Source: Gemmatimonadota bacterium (lineage in GTDB: Bacteria > Gemmatimonadota > Gemmatimonadetes > Palauibacterales > Palauibacteraceae). From it: a stretch of DNA of 64,000 nt. Positions 1 through 8,931 of the stretch are shown here, in pieces. Every line of letters begins with the position of its first letter. Positions within the stretch are counted from its first letter, which is position 1. The DNA lies in the NCBI GenBank assembly GCA_963666735.1, contig OY762926.1:2976001-3040000 (forward strand), written 5' to 3'. Both the position numbers and the translations under genes were made by a program. The notes under the pieces were generated by a model. The model had not been told where the DNA came from. It was given only the letters and a program-made list of their open reading frames with translations, and did no database searches.

Positions 1-64
1 GTCGGTTCACCACGTTCGAGGTGAGTTGTAAGGCCACGCTCCTCCTAGCTTCTAGAGAGAAATT

Positions 65-93
65 TTGACCTCAGCGACTCGTCGTGCCATCAT
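65..93 (+). promoter_or_regulatory. Putative sigma70-type promoter of the CBASS operon (possibly leaderless mRNA)
   Basis: TTGACC (65-70), 17-nt spacer, TG-n-CATCAT (88-93). Predicted +1 falls at about the A of the ATG at 100, and no Shine-Dalgarno is visible. Confidence 0.35.
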
Positions 94-99
94 GCTCAC

Positions 100-1212
100 A
101 TGGATCCAATACACGTCTTGGCATTGGATGGCGGAGGCATGCGTGGGTTGTACGCAGCAACCGTGCTACATACGCTCGCCGATCGTTTCTCACGAGCATG
201 GGATATCGCTGATCTCGATCTTGGTAGGGGTTTCGATCTCGTGTTGGGTACCAGTACGGGCGCCATCCTTGCAGCTGGCATTGCAGCGGGCGTCCCCATT
301 GCTGAGATCGTCACGCTATACGAAGAAGCAGGTCCGAAGATCTTTAAAAAGCCAGTGCCACCTCACGATAAGTCATTTGGGATCTGTCGGAAAGCAAAGT
401 TCTGGTGGTGGGCTCTCTCGCACATGCGTCGACCTGCGCACCGTAACTGTGAATTGCAATCTGAGCTAAAACGACTCTTCGGTGATCTCACCTTCGGCCA
501 GCTCTACGAGCGTCGCGGTATCGGTTTGTGTATAGCAGCTACGGCGCTCCTAAACCACAAGCCGAGGGTCTTCAAGACCCGGCACGTACCTCAAAAGAAC
601 CTGGACGATACACTTACCATTGCCGATGTGTGTCTTGCGAGCAGCGCGGCTCCATTATTCCTGCCCTTAGCTGAAGTACAGGCCGACGACATGCCCGACC
701 ACGTTTTTGTTGATGGGGGTCTATGAGCCAACAGTCCTGTATTAGCTGGCTTGATCGAAGGGCTTGCTCTTTCAGCTCCCGAGCAGCCCGTTGTCGTTGT
801 ATCGGTCGGTACCTGCCCTCCGGCAGTTGGAGCCGGTTCCCTCAATAACCTTGAACGAGGCATCTTAGCTTGGCGGGCTGGAATCCTGCCCATGTTGTTG
901 TCCATGGATGCTCAGAGTCAGGCCGCAATGTACGCCGCAACGTTCTTACGTGACGAACTTAGGAAGCTCGGTAAGCCGGTGGAGATTGTTCGTCTCCCAG
1001 AAACCAATCCATCATCCGACCAAGCTGGCCTTCTTCAGTTGGACTCAGCATCGACCGTTGCCTTAAAGCTCATGAAGCGCCTCGGAAACGTGGATGGAAT
1101 TGAGACGTATCGGTGGTGTCAAGATGCCGATAACGATTACGGCAAACTACTCACTCAGATCTTCGAGCGTATGACCGAGGATCGCACAAACCCCCAAAGG
1201 ACATATCGATGA
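100..1212 (+). pseudogene. CBASS CapV-like patatin phospholipase effector, interrupted by an in-frame TGA at 724-726
   Basis: Patatin motifs LALDGGGMRG, GTSTG and DGG. The frame reads DGGL*ANSPVLAGLIEG, where the family consensus is DGGLWANNP, and continues without frameshift to 1212. It overlaps the CD-NTase start. Confidence 0.88.
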
Positions 1213-2228
1213 TGAGAGATTGTAACAGTGACATTCGCGCTTATCATGCCGAGGCAGTCAAGCTCACCCAGACGCAAGTAGACGATTTGAGGACTCATCG
1301 CAATTCAAATCGAACGCGATTACAGAACGGATTAGGCGATGATGACCCCGAGCCTAAAGATTTTGTCATCCAAGGGTCCTACGCGATGCACACCATCATT
1401 CAAGAGCCCGATGGAGAATATGATATCGACGATGGTGTCGTCTTCACGAAGGAGTCACTTGAGGGTTCCCGAGGCGGCGACAAGTCTCCTCTCGATGCGA
1501 GACATATGGTTTGCGACGCGGTTCACGACGAGCGGTTCGCAACGCCGCCCGAGGTGAAGGCGAACTGCGTCCGGGTTTACTACCAGGAAGGACATCACGT
1601 CGACGTCCCGGTCTACCGCGAATGCGAAGACGAAGATGGCGACGGGACGTACTATGAGCTTGCTAGCTCGACGTGGAGGCCGTCAGATCCGCGGGGAGTA
1701 AACGCATGGTTCCGCAATTGGATCGAGGAGAAGCGAGAAGCCGGACAGACGAACTCACGTGAAGTGATTCGCCTTCTCAAGAGTATATGCAAAAGCCGGA
1801 CATCCTACTCATTACCTAGCGGGTTTGTGCTTACGGTACTTGTTGAGGAATGCTATCAATCTGAGGAAAAGAGACTTGATGAGAATCTGAGGGATACGAT
1901 TGCTGCAATAGTTGAACGCCTCGACGACGATCTGTCGGTGGCACATCCGGTGATCGATGGCGAATGGCTTATTGACAGCGACACGGAAAACAGAACCCGC
2001 GACCTTCGAGATCTGTGTAGTCAAGTGATTGAATGGTTGACCGATCTGGATGCGGATAACTGTACAGACTCCAAAGCATTAGGTGTCTGGAAGAAGGTGT
2101 TCAATAATACTGACTTCTTCGACGAGCGCATCAAGGAAGCGGAAGAGAGCGAGAAGGCGGCATCAGCTGCCGCGGTCAGAGACTTGGGGACAGCGAGTCC
2201 AAAACAGTACGGGCACAACTCCATGTAG
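1209..2228 (+). CDS. CBASS cyclic oligonucleotide cyclase (CD-NTase, cGAS/DncV-like, SMODS domain)
   Basis: IQGSYAMHT...EYDIDDGVVF...HVDVPVYR nucleotidyltransferase signature; lies between patatin and E2 genes; C-terminus PKQYGHNSM. Confidence 0.92.
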   Translation: MMRDCNSDIRAYHAEAVKLTQTQVDDLRTHRNSNRTRLQNGLGDDDPEPKDFVIQGSYAMHTIIQEPDGEYDIDDGVVFTKESLEGSRGGDKSPLDARHMVCDAVHDERFATPPEVKANCVRVYYQEGHHVDVPVYRECEDEDGDGTYYELASSTWRPSDPRGVNAWFRNWIEEKREAGQTNSREVIRLLKSICKSRTSYSLPSGFVLTVLVEECYQSEEKRLDENLRDTIAAIVERLDDDLSVAHPVIDGEWLIDSDTENRTRDLRDLCSQVIEWLTDLDADNCTDSKALGVWKKVFNNTDFFDERIKEAEESEKAASAAAVRDLGTASPKQYGHNSM

Positions 2229-2243
2229 ACGGGTGGTGAGTTT

Positions 2244-2924
2244 ATGAACACTGAGTTGGTAATCGGAGAGCAGGCGCGTCTCACAGAGATCTTTCCCAGG
2301 CTCGTGCTTGACGCATCGCGGACACCAGCACGAGTGACCGGGACGATGTGGTTGGACGGTCTTGGAATCGGATTCAGCGTCAATCTGGAAATCCCTGAGA
2401 ATTATCCTCACGGTGTTCCGGTGCTGTGGTGCGATCGCCGGGAAATTGCTCCATGGATTGCTGATCGCCATGTGTTCACCAACGGTCGGGCCTGCCTCTG
2501 CGTTGCCGCCGAGTACCGAAAGTATTGGCCGCGTGGATCAGACATAACCGATTTCCTGCAGGGCCTTGTAAAACCCTATTTCATAGGACAGGCATATTAC
2601 CAGGCACACGGATATTGGCCTCCCGAGCTAGCAAGAGCGCACGGCGCAACAGGAATCATCGAGGCTTATGCGGAGATACTTGAGCCTTTTGGTGTGACGG
2701 AATACGCGGCGATCATCGGCATCATCCGTGCCTTGGCGGAGGACCACCCGCCGACGGGCGGGACATTGTGCCCTTGTGGAAGTGGCGTGCAGCTACGGAG
2801 TTGCCAACGTCATCAGCAACTGGTTAGTGAGTTGCGGAGGACAATTGACGTGGAGCACGCTGCATTTGATTATGGTTTCGTGATTCGAGAAGCTATATGT
2901 CGAAAGGAAGTGGTGTTGTCGTAG
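2244..2924 (+). CDS. CBASS-associated stand-alone prokaryotic E2 (UBC-fold) protein with C-terminal SEC-C-like Zn motif
   Basis: PENYPHGVP, RHVFTNGRACLC (catalytic Cys region), WP..RAHG..GI..AY and CPCGSG...RSC..H; directly follows the CD-NTase; no E1 or JAB gene nearby. Confidence 0.8.
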   Translation: MNTELVIGEQARLTEIFPRLVLDASRTPARVTGTMWLDGLGIGFSVNLEIPENYPHGVPVLWCDRREIAPWIADRHVFTNGRACLCVAAEYRKYWPRGSDITDFLQGLVKPYFIGQAYYQAHGYWPPELARAHGATGIIEAYAEILEPFGVTEYAAIIGIIRALAEDHPPTGGTLCPCGSGVQLRSCQRHQQLVSELRRTIDVEHAAFDYGFVIREAICRKEVVLS

Positions 2925-2958
2925 TGCCGAATGCGGCGATCCCGATGTTCTGGCAGAG

Positions 2959-3957
2959 TGTACAAGTACAGTAATCACCTGACACCCGGGCTCGCCGAGG
3001 TCAGCGCTTTCAGGCTGCGGTCTTCACCTCCTTCTTGGTTGACTTCTTCGGGGTCCTGGGCTTCCGGATTCCCTTCTTGAACACCTGGTACGGCGGCCGC
3101 CCCTCCATGCCGCGGCCGCAGTGCGGACGGTTCCGGTTGTAGGTCTCGATGTAGGCGTCGAGATCCTCCTGCATCTCGCTGACCGAGTCGTACCAGGTGA
3201 TCCGTCCCTTCACCCTCAGGTGCTCGTCGAGGAGCGTGCGGCGGAGGCGCTCGATGTACCTGTTCGACTACGGCCGGCCCAGCTGCGTTTTCTGGTGCTC
3301 AATTTCCTCGAGCTGGAGGAACACCTCGTGGGCGTGCCGGTCCTCCCGGCCGCAGTTACTCGCGCCCGTTGTCGCTCAGGACCGTCTCGACCTTCACCCC
3401 CGTGTTCCTGGAAGAAGGGCAGTACGTGGTTGTTCAGGATCCGGACGGCAGTCACGGGCATCTTCGAGGTGTAGAGCCGGGCCCACACGTGGCGGCTGAA
3501 GCAGTCCAGCACCGTCTGGATGTAGACCTTGCCCACTCCCTTCAGCGTCCCCGCGAAGAAGGTGTCCACGGCCACGAGTTCGCCCGTCTTCTTCACCTCG
3601 ATGTGACGCTCCCGGTACTCGGGACCGAAGCGCTCCAGCGTCTGGATCTGCTCCTCGGTGAGCTCGAAGTCGCTCTCCCGGACCGTCTTCTCCAGCCTGA
3701 GCAGCCGCTCGTGCCTCGTCTTGAGCCCGTTACGGATCCACACCCCTCTGACGCCGCCCGAGCTCACCTGCACGCCGCGGAGCATCAGCTCGTGGGCCAC
3801 CCGCTGTGCCCCGTGCGTCGGGTGCGCCAGCGCGTGGGCCAGGATCGCCTCCTCCACCTCCGAGGCCACACGGTTCGGGTGAGGGCCCCGCGCTCCCGGC
3901 ATGCGGTCCAGGAGACCTTCGGCCCCGTACACCTGGAAGTTCCTTCGGATCTCGTAC
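2959..3957 (-). mobile_element. IS481-family element relic (right end present, 5' part deleted)
   Basis: Terminus TGTACAAGTACAGTAATCACCTGACA at 2959. Transposase fragments YEIRRNFQVYGAEGL, VAVDTFFAGTLKGVGKVYIQT and YNRNRPH. Confidence 0.8.
3010..3956 (-). pseudogene. IS481-family transposase, frameshifted and N-terminally truncated
   Basis: Similarity is split across ORFs 3216..3932 and 3010..3213, with frameshifts around 3200-3400. Confidence 0.82.
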
Positions 3958-4245
3958 CTGAAGCGTCACTTCGGCTACCGGAAGGTTCGCTACCGGGGGC
4001 TGGCGAAGAACACCGAGCGGATCGCGCTGTTGCTCGGCTTCTCGAACCTGCTGATCGCGGGTCGTTATGCGACGGCGTAGGGCGCCGCGGCGGGAGACAT
4101 CCGTCCCGGCGGGACGGAAGCGGGGGGTCGCAGGCCCAAAACGCCCGTTTTTCGCGTCTCCGAGCCCCTTTCAGGGGCGGCAGACGACCAAGTCGGCGTC
4201 ATTCAGCCCGACACCGGCCGATCTGCCGGCCTGTTCAGACCTTCC
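3955..4245 (+). mobile_element. IS5-family element relic: transposase C-terminus (3955-4080) plus right end
   Basis: + strand reads YLKRHFGYRKVRYRGLAKNTERIALLLGFSNLLIAGRYATA*. The end CTGTTCAGACCTTCC (reverse complement GGAAGGTCTGAACAG) is followed by a CTAG target at 4246-4249. Confidence 0.8.
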
Positions 4246-4381
4246 CTAGCAAGCTTTCGGCCAACTCGGCCACGCCGTACCGTACCAGCAACAGAAAGGC
4301 CCCCAGCAAGAACCGGGCCTCAACACTATACACCCGTTCAAGGTCGCCACCTCAGGCGCAACGGGAAAGAGGTACGCACAA

Positions 4382-4606
4382 ATGACAGTCGAAGAAGCCG
4401 GCGCAACCGGCGCTGGCGGCCAGCCTAGTCGTACCCGTCCCGGTTCTCGCCGGAACGCTCGAGGCTCCGGTATTCGATCCGGCCCTGCGGCAACTTGCCG
4501 CCACCCTTGTCCCGCCCCGCCAGCGGCGGACCTGTTCGGCGACATCGCCGACCGCCGCGCCGCGAAAGAGAGGCACGACCTGTCGCGAGTTGAGCCGTGG
4601 ACGTGA
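4382..4606 (+). CDS. Small hypothetical protein
   Basis: GAGGT RBS upstream; TGATG overlap with the next ORF; no recognisable motif. Confidence 0.35.
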   Translation: MTVEEAGATGAGGQPSRTRPGSRRNARGSGIRSGPAATCRHPCPAPPAADLFGDIADRRAAKERHDLSRVEPWT

Positions 4607-4941
4607 TGCACCCGACATGGCGGGAAGCAATCCGTTGGTGCTTGTGCCTCCGCTACCCGAAGCCGGCGCACTATACCGACATCGCGAAGTGGATCGATGA
4701 TGAGCGGCTTAGGCGGCGGATTGAGAACCCGGAGGCAACGGTAAACCGCATCATCCGCATATCGCTGAGAGATGATCCCGACTCGCCGTTTCGTGATTTT
4801 GGGGACGGGATGTACGGGCTTTCCGACATGGGGGAACGCCTTTGTGGCGACCGCGAGATGATCCTCGAGGACGTCCGCTTGATCAACCGCCACCACGACC
4901 GACTCAATGCGGTCCGAAGGCGATTGCACGGCGGGGGTTAG
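4606..4941 (+). CDS. Winged-helix protein resembling HARE-HTH (HB1/ASXL/restriction endonuclease HTH)
   Basis: Pattern TWREAI..L..PAHYTDIAKWI..RL...NPEATVNRII......SPF...GDGMYGL. Confidence 0.6.
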   Translation: MHPTWREAIRWCLCLRYPKPAHYTDIAKWIDDERLRRRIENPEATVNRIIRISLRDDPDSPFRDFGDGMYGLSDMGERLCGDREMILEDVRLINRHHDRLNAVRRRLHGGG

Positions 4942-5058
4942 TGACGTCTACACGTGATGGGCAGGCGGGGCGGCACGTAGGTTGCGAGGGTGCGGCCAGC
5001 TCGGCCAACCCCTACCATTCAGCAACGAAAAAGCCCCCCTGCGCGGAGCCGGGGGACG

Positions 5059-5184
5059 CTCGGACACTACGACCGAGAGGTGCGGTATTCTCTGGTGGTC
5101 AGCATCCGGGCGCCTGACGTTGACGTGGACCTCTACGCCGAGGTCGCGAACCAGATTGATGTCGGCGTTCCGGTCGAGATTTGA
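5059..5184 (+). pseudogene. Orphan C-terminal fragment of an S8 (subtilisin-like, Y4bN/IetS-type) peptidase
   Basis: YDREVRYSLVVSIRAPDVDVDLYAEVANQI..VPVEI* resembles the C-terminus of AAA-ATPase-associated S8 peptidases (from recall of the family). Confidence 0.6.
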
Positions 5185-5199
5185 GGTTCCTCGCTGTCT

Positions 5200-5247
5200 T
5201 GCGGGTTCCGACGTATGCCGATCACCGATTACGGTGCATGCCGATCA
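5200..5247. mobile_element. Solo IS21-family terminal repeat region (relic)
   Basis: Begins TGCGGGTTCCG; ATGCCGATCA is repeated at 5215 and 5238 (23-bp period), the tandem-repeat layout of IS21 ends. No istA/istB present. Confidence 0.5.
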
Positions 5248-5373
5248 GCTTGGAGTCAGCGGGTAGCGGTGCTGGAGAACCTACTGGAGCGCCCACCTCT
5301 TCCCTTCTCGACGAGGTTCTTTAGGCGCGGAGGGAGAGGGTGTCGCACTACGCAGGCTGAGACGTCACCCTGA

Positions 5374-5421
5374 GGCTCGTCACCTCCGGCCGGGTGTCAC
5401 TCTTTCGCTCGCGGGTGACAG
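5374..5421. repeat. Diverged direct repeat of 9460-9505 (GTCAC-rich)
   Basis: Manual alignment gives 37/48 identities including the exact 14-mer CCGGGTGTCACTCT; contains a TGTCAC...GTGACA inverted repeat. Confidence 0.6.
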
Positions 5422-5508
5422 CTTGACGCAGCCCAAGGCCAGGCGCCGATGCACGGTCGGCGCCCCGACGTGCCGCGTGGTCGCATACCGGGCCTGATCC
5501 TCAGTCTC

Positions 5509-5634
5509 TCACCAAGGCAGTTCCTCCGGCCAGGTCAGCAGGCCCTTCTCTGTCCCAACCACCAGGAAAAGGAACGCGGCAATGGCCAGCAGCCAGAAGA
5601 TTACCCAAGCCCGCCCCGACCAATCCGGGCTCTT
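5509..5634 (-). pseudogene. C-terminal fragment of a membrane protein truncated by IS3
   Basis: Frame is open up to the IS end at 5635 and encodes a transmembrane helix (WVIFWLLAIAAFLFLVVG). Confidence 0.5.
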
Positions 5635-5752
5635 TGGAGCTGTCCCGCTTTCACGGACGGTTAGTTTCTGTGGTTGATCGCCTCCGGTTCTTCTCCTTTC
5701 AGCCTCCCTCAGGCGCTCGGGAGAGGATGTCGGTGTGCGCCGCGGGTGCGCC

Positions 5753-6601
5753 TCAGGCCGCATGGTTGCTCTCGTAGTCGGCCGGCGACTCGTAGCCGAG
5801 TGCCGAGTGCAGCCGCCGGGTGTTGTAGAAGCCCTCGATGAAGCCGAAGACCTCCCGTCGCGCCTCGTCCGCCGTGCGGAACGAGCGCTTCCAGATCAGC
5901 TCGCACTCGAGGGTGGCGAAGAAGCTCTCGCACATGGCGTTGTCGTACGCATCGCCCGCCGAGCCCATGGACTGGGCGATGCCCGACTCGCGGCAGCGCT
6001 CCCCGAAGGCGAGCGAGGTGTACTGCGAGCCCCTGTCGGAATGATGCACGACACGACCCTCGGGACGACGCCTTGCGAGAGCCATCGCCAGCGCGGTCTC
6101 GACGAGCTCGGTCCGCATGTGCGTCGCCATGGCCCAGCCGACGACGCGGCGGCTCCAGACGTCGAGCACGACGGCCAGATACAGCCAGCCAGCCCACGTG
6201 GGGACGTAGGTGATGTCGGCCACCCACAGCTCGTCGGGCCCCGAGGCCGAGAAGTCACGGTCCACCAGGTCCGGCGCGGGGCGGGCCTCGGCATCCCTCT
6301 TCGTCGTCGCCGTCTTGAAGCGCCGCCTGGTCGCGCCCTCGATCTCCAGCCCCCTCATCAGCCGCCCCACGCGCTTCTGCCCCACCCGCTCGCCCTCGGC
6401 CCTGAGCGCCGCGTGGATCCGCGGACGGCCGTACGTCTCGCCGCTGCCGGTCCATATCTTCGCGATCCGCGCCTCCAGTTCCGCGTCCCGACGCGCGCGG
6501 TCCGAGGGAGGACGCCTCAACCAGTCGTAGTAGCCGCTGGGGGAGAGACCCAGCACCCGGCACATGGCCCGAAGCGGGAACTCGGCCCGGTGCGCCCTCA
6601 T
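5753..6601 (-). CDS. IS3 transposase OrfB (DDE integrase core)
   Basis: LWVADITY, HHSDRGSQY, DNAMCESFF and YNTRRLHSALGY motifs. Confidence 0.93.
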   Translation of the reverse strand: MRAHRAEFPLRAMCRVLGLSPSGYYDWLRRPPSDRARRDAELEARIAKIWTGSGETYGRPRIHAALRAEGERVGQKRVGRLMRGLEIEGATRRRFKTATTKRDAEARPAPDLVDRDFSASGPDELWVADITYVPTWAGWLYLAVVLDVWSRRVVGWAMATHMRTELVETALAMALARRRPEGRVVHHSDRGSQYTSLAFGERCRESGIAQSMGSAGDAYDNAMCESFFATLECELIWKRSFRTADEARREVFGFIEGFYNTRRLHSALGYESPADYESNHAA

Positions 6602-6912
6602 GAACGCATACCCCCGCCGGGGATCGATCCGCTCTCCCTCGCGAACCAGGCCGCGGCTTTTTTTAGGATGTCGCGCTCCATCCTGAGCCGCTTGTTCTCC
6701 CGCTCCAGGCGCCGCAGCTCGCTGCGCGCCTCCGTTGTCAGCCCGTCGCTACGGAACCCCTCGTCCACATCCGCCTGCCGGACCCAGTTCCGGATCGTCT
6801 GCTCCGACGGCTCGAACTTCCGGGCGAGTGACGCGGCACTACGCCCGCCCCTCACCAGTTCCACCAGCCGCTCCCTGTACTCGGATGGATACCGCCCCTT
6901 CCGGCCCGCCAT
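6598..6912 (-). CDS. IS3 transposase OrfA (HTH)
   Basis: YPSEYRERLVELV..GRS..LA..F......IRNWV plus coiled coil ELRRLERENKRLRMERDILKKAAAWFA. Confidence 0.93.
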   Translation of the reverse strand: MAGRKGRYPSEYRERLVELVRGGRSAASLARKFEPSEQTIRNWVRQADVDEGFRSDGLTTEARSELRRLERENKRLRMERDILKKAAAWFARESGSIPGGGMRS

Positions 6913-6970
6913 GGAACACCTCCTTGCTTGACCCCAATGGATAGGTGTCCGTCAAAGCGGGGCAACTCCA

Positions 6971-7246
6971 GTTCTGCCGGGCACCGGGTTTCGATTGACC
7001 AAATTTGCTGCCGACGTGGCCTTACGGCAGGAAGGCGATCGACTTTATAGAGTTGGCTTGTCGAACCACGCGGGATTTGACGGCACCATGAATTACATTG
7101 AGCGGACTGGGGCAAGCTTCGTGCTGACGGATGGCTCACGCTCGTCAGATCAAAAGGCCAGAGCACTCGCAGCTGCGATTTCTCGAGAACTTGGTGTTGA
7201 TGCCGGTCCCGCCACGCCGCAACCCACGCGAAGATATGGGAAATAG
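6971..7246 (+). pseudogene. C-terminal fragment, probably of an MBL-fold/beta-CASP hydrolase, truncated by IS3
   Basis: Frame is open from the IS3 boundary; RVGLSNHAGFDGTMNYI resembles the terminal SxHA motif; lower GC. Confidence 0.45.
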
Positions 7247-7424
7247 AGTGTGGCATCGGTATCGTCAGCGTCACGGAGGTAGATGAACGCGAGAAGCAGC
7301 GAGGAAGTTGGCCTTTCAAGAGTCTCAGGCGAGTCTGACTGCCGCGTGGCGTAGTACTTGCAGATGGAACGAGGGAGGTTGAAGCCTTCGACGATGCGGT
7401 CGGTGATCCTCGAACGGAAACTAG

Positions 7425-8927
7425 CAGCCCGTGGAAAAAGTCGCGATGTCGCGCGCCGGTGTTGATGGTTAGATTGTGGGCGGGACAAGAAGGCAACGGG
7501 AGGTTGGCGATGGCGGTGGGCAGGATGCCGGGGGAGCGTCAGGAGGAGCTGTTCATTGCGGCGAGCGCGGTGCGTGCGCTGGACAACCCGTTCTACGCGG
7601 CGTTGGACAGGCTTCTGCGCGGGAGCGGCTTCGACGAGTTCGCCGAGGAGGCGTGCCGGGAGTTCTACGCGGCGCGGATGGGCCGGCCGGGCCTTCCGCC
7701 GGGGGTGTACTTCCGGATGCTGATGGTGGGATACCTGGAGGGGATCGGCTCGGAGCGGGGGATCGCGTGGCGTTGCCGGGACTCGATCTCGCTGCGGGAG
7801 TTCCTGGGCTACGGTCTGGCGAAGACGCCGCCGGAGCATTCCACGCTGTCGAAGACGCGCAAGCGTCTGAGCGTGGAGGCGCACGGGGCGGTGTTCGGCT
7901 GGGTGCTGGAGGTGCTGCGGGAGTCGGGGCTGCTGCGGGGCGGGACGGTGGGGGTGGACTCGACGACGCTGGAGGCGAACGCGGCGCTGCGCGCGATCGT
8001 GCGGCGTGACGACGAGACGGAGTACGACGCGTGGCTCGAACAGCTGGCGAAGGCGTCGGGGATCGAGACGCCGACGCGGGCCGACCTTGCGAAGCTGGAC
8101 CGCAAGCGTCCGGGGAAGGGGTCGAACAAGGACTGGAAGCATCCGCACGACCCGGAGGCGCGGATCGCGAAGATGAAGGACGGCCGCACGCGCCTGGCGC
8201 ACAAGCTCGAGCAGGCGGTCGACATGGAGACCGGCGCGGTGGTCGCCGTGACGGTGCAGACGATGGACGGCGGCGACTGCGCGTCGCTGCCGGTGACGCT
8301 GGACGAGACGGAGCGGCGGCTGGCGGAGGCGGGCGCGGAGGCGAGGGAGGTGGTGGCCGACAAGGGCTACCACTCGAACGCGACCATGACGGGCGTGAGG
8401 GAGCGGGGACTGCGGAGCTATGTCAGCGAGCCGAACCGGGGCCGCCGGAAGTGGAAGGGCAAGCGGGACGCGCAGAAGGCCGTGTACGGCAACCGCCGCC
8501 GGATCCGCGGCGAGCGGGGGAAGCGGTTACAGCGCCAGCGCGGGGAGAAGCTGGAACGGACTTTCGCGCACCTGCTCGGCAGCGGAGGAATGCGCCGCGT
8601 TCACGTCCGCGGGCAGGAGGAGATCCGAAAACGGATGCTCGTTCACGCCGCCGCCTTCAACCTCTCCTTGGCGATGCGCGGCCGCTTCGGCTTCGGCACC
8701 CCGCGCGGCCTGCAGGGCCTCGCGGCATCGACCGCGGCCCTCGCGGACGCCTCCGCACGCGGTTTTGCCGCCATCTTCGGCCGAATCGGGCGCATTCTCG
8801 GCCTCCGGGGCGCGAATCGCGGCCTTCGCCGCCCCCCGGGCCGCCTTTTGCATAACAGCACCCGAATCATCCGCCACTTTCCGCTTCCACAGTCGCCCGC
8901 GTCGGCGACCACTTCTTCCACGGCCTG
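7425..8927 (+). mobile_element. IS1182-like (IS5/IS1182 group) insertion sequence with CTAG target duplication
   Basis: IRs CAGCCCGTGGAAAAAGT and CAGGCCGTGGAAGAAGT; CTAG at 7421-7424 and 8928-8931. Confidence 0.9.
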
Positions 8928-8931
8928 CTAG
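7510..8931 (+). CDS. DDE transposase (DUF772-type N-terminus)
   Basis: GRPGLPP..YFRMLMVGY.EGI.SER, PEHSTLS, GVDST, VVADKGY and ERTFA motifs; the stop codon is supplied by the CTAG target. Confidence 0.9.
   Translation: MAVGRMPGERQEELFIAASAVRALDNPFYAALDRLLRGSGFDEFAEEACREFYAARMGRPGLPPGVYFRMLMVGYLEGIGSERGIAWRCRDSISLREFLGYGLAKTPPEHSTLSKTRKRLSVEAHGAVFGWVLEVLRESGLLRGGTVGVDSTTLEANAALRAIVRRDDETEYDAWLEQLAKASGIETPTRADLAKLDRKRPGKGSNKDWKHPHDPEARIAKMKDGRTRLAHKLEQAVDMETGAVVAVTVQTMDGGDCASLPVTLDETERRLAEAGAEAREVVADKGYHSNATMTGVRERGLRSYVSEPNRGRRKWKGKRDAQKAVYGNRRRIRGERGKRLQRQRGEKLERTFAHLLGSGGMRRVHVRGQEEIRKRMLVHAAAFNLSLAMRGRFGFGTPRGLQGLAASTAALADASARGFAAIFGRIGRILGLRGANRGLRRPPGRLLHNSTRIIRHFPLPQSPASATTSSTAC

Larger units (their letters stand above)
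5635..6970 (-). mobile_element. IS3-family insertion sequence (1336 bp), apparently intact
   Basis: Terminal IRs TGGAGCTGTCCCGCTTTCACGGAC (5635) and TGGAGTTGCCCCGCTTTGACGGAC (reverse complement at 6970); orfA/orfB with an A7G -1 slippery site (6657-6664); no target duplication. Confidence 0.93.

Noticed and set aside
724..726. TGA as selenocysteine or as genome-wide Trp/Gly recoding
   Set aside because: The position corresponds to Trp rather than Cys, and many genes in the window clearly terminate at TGA.
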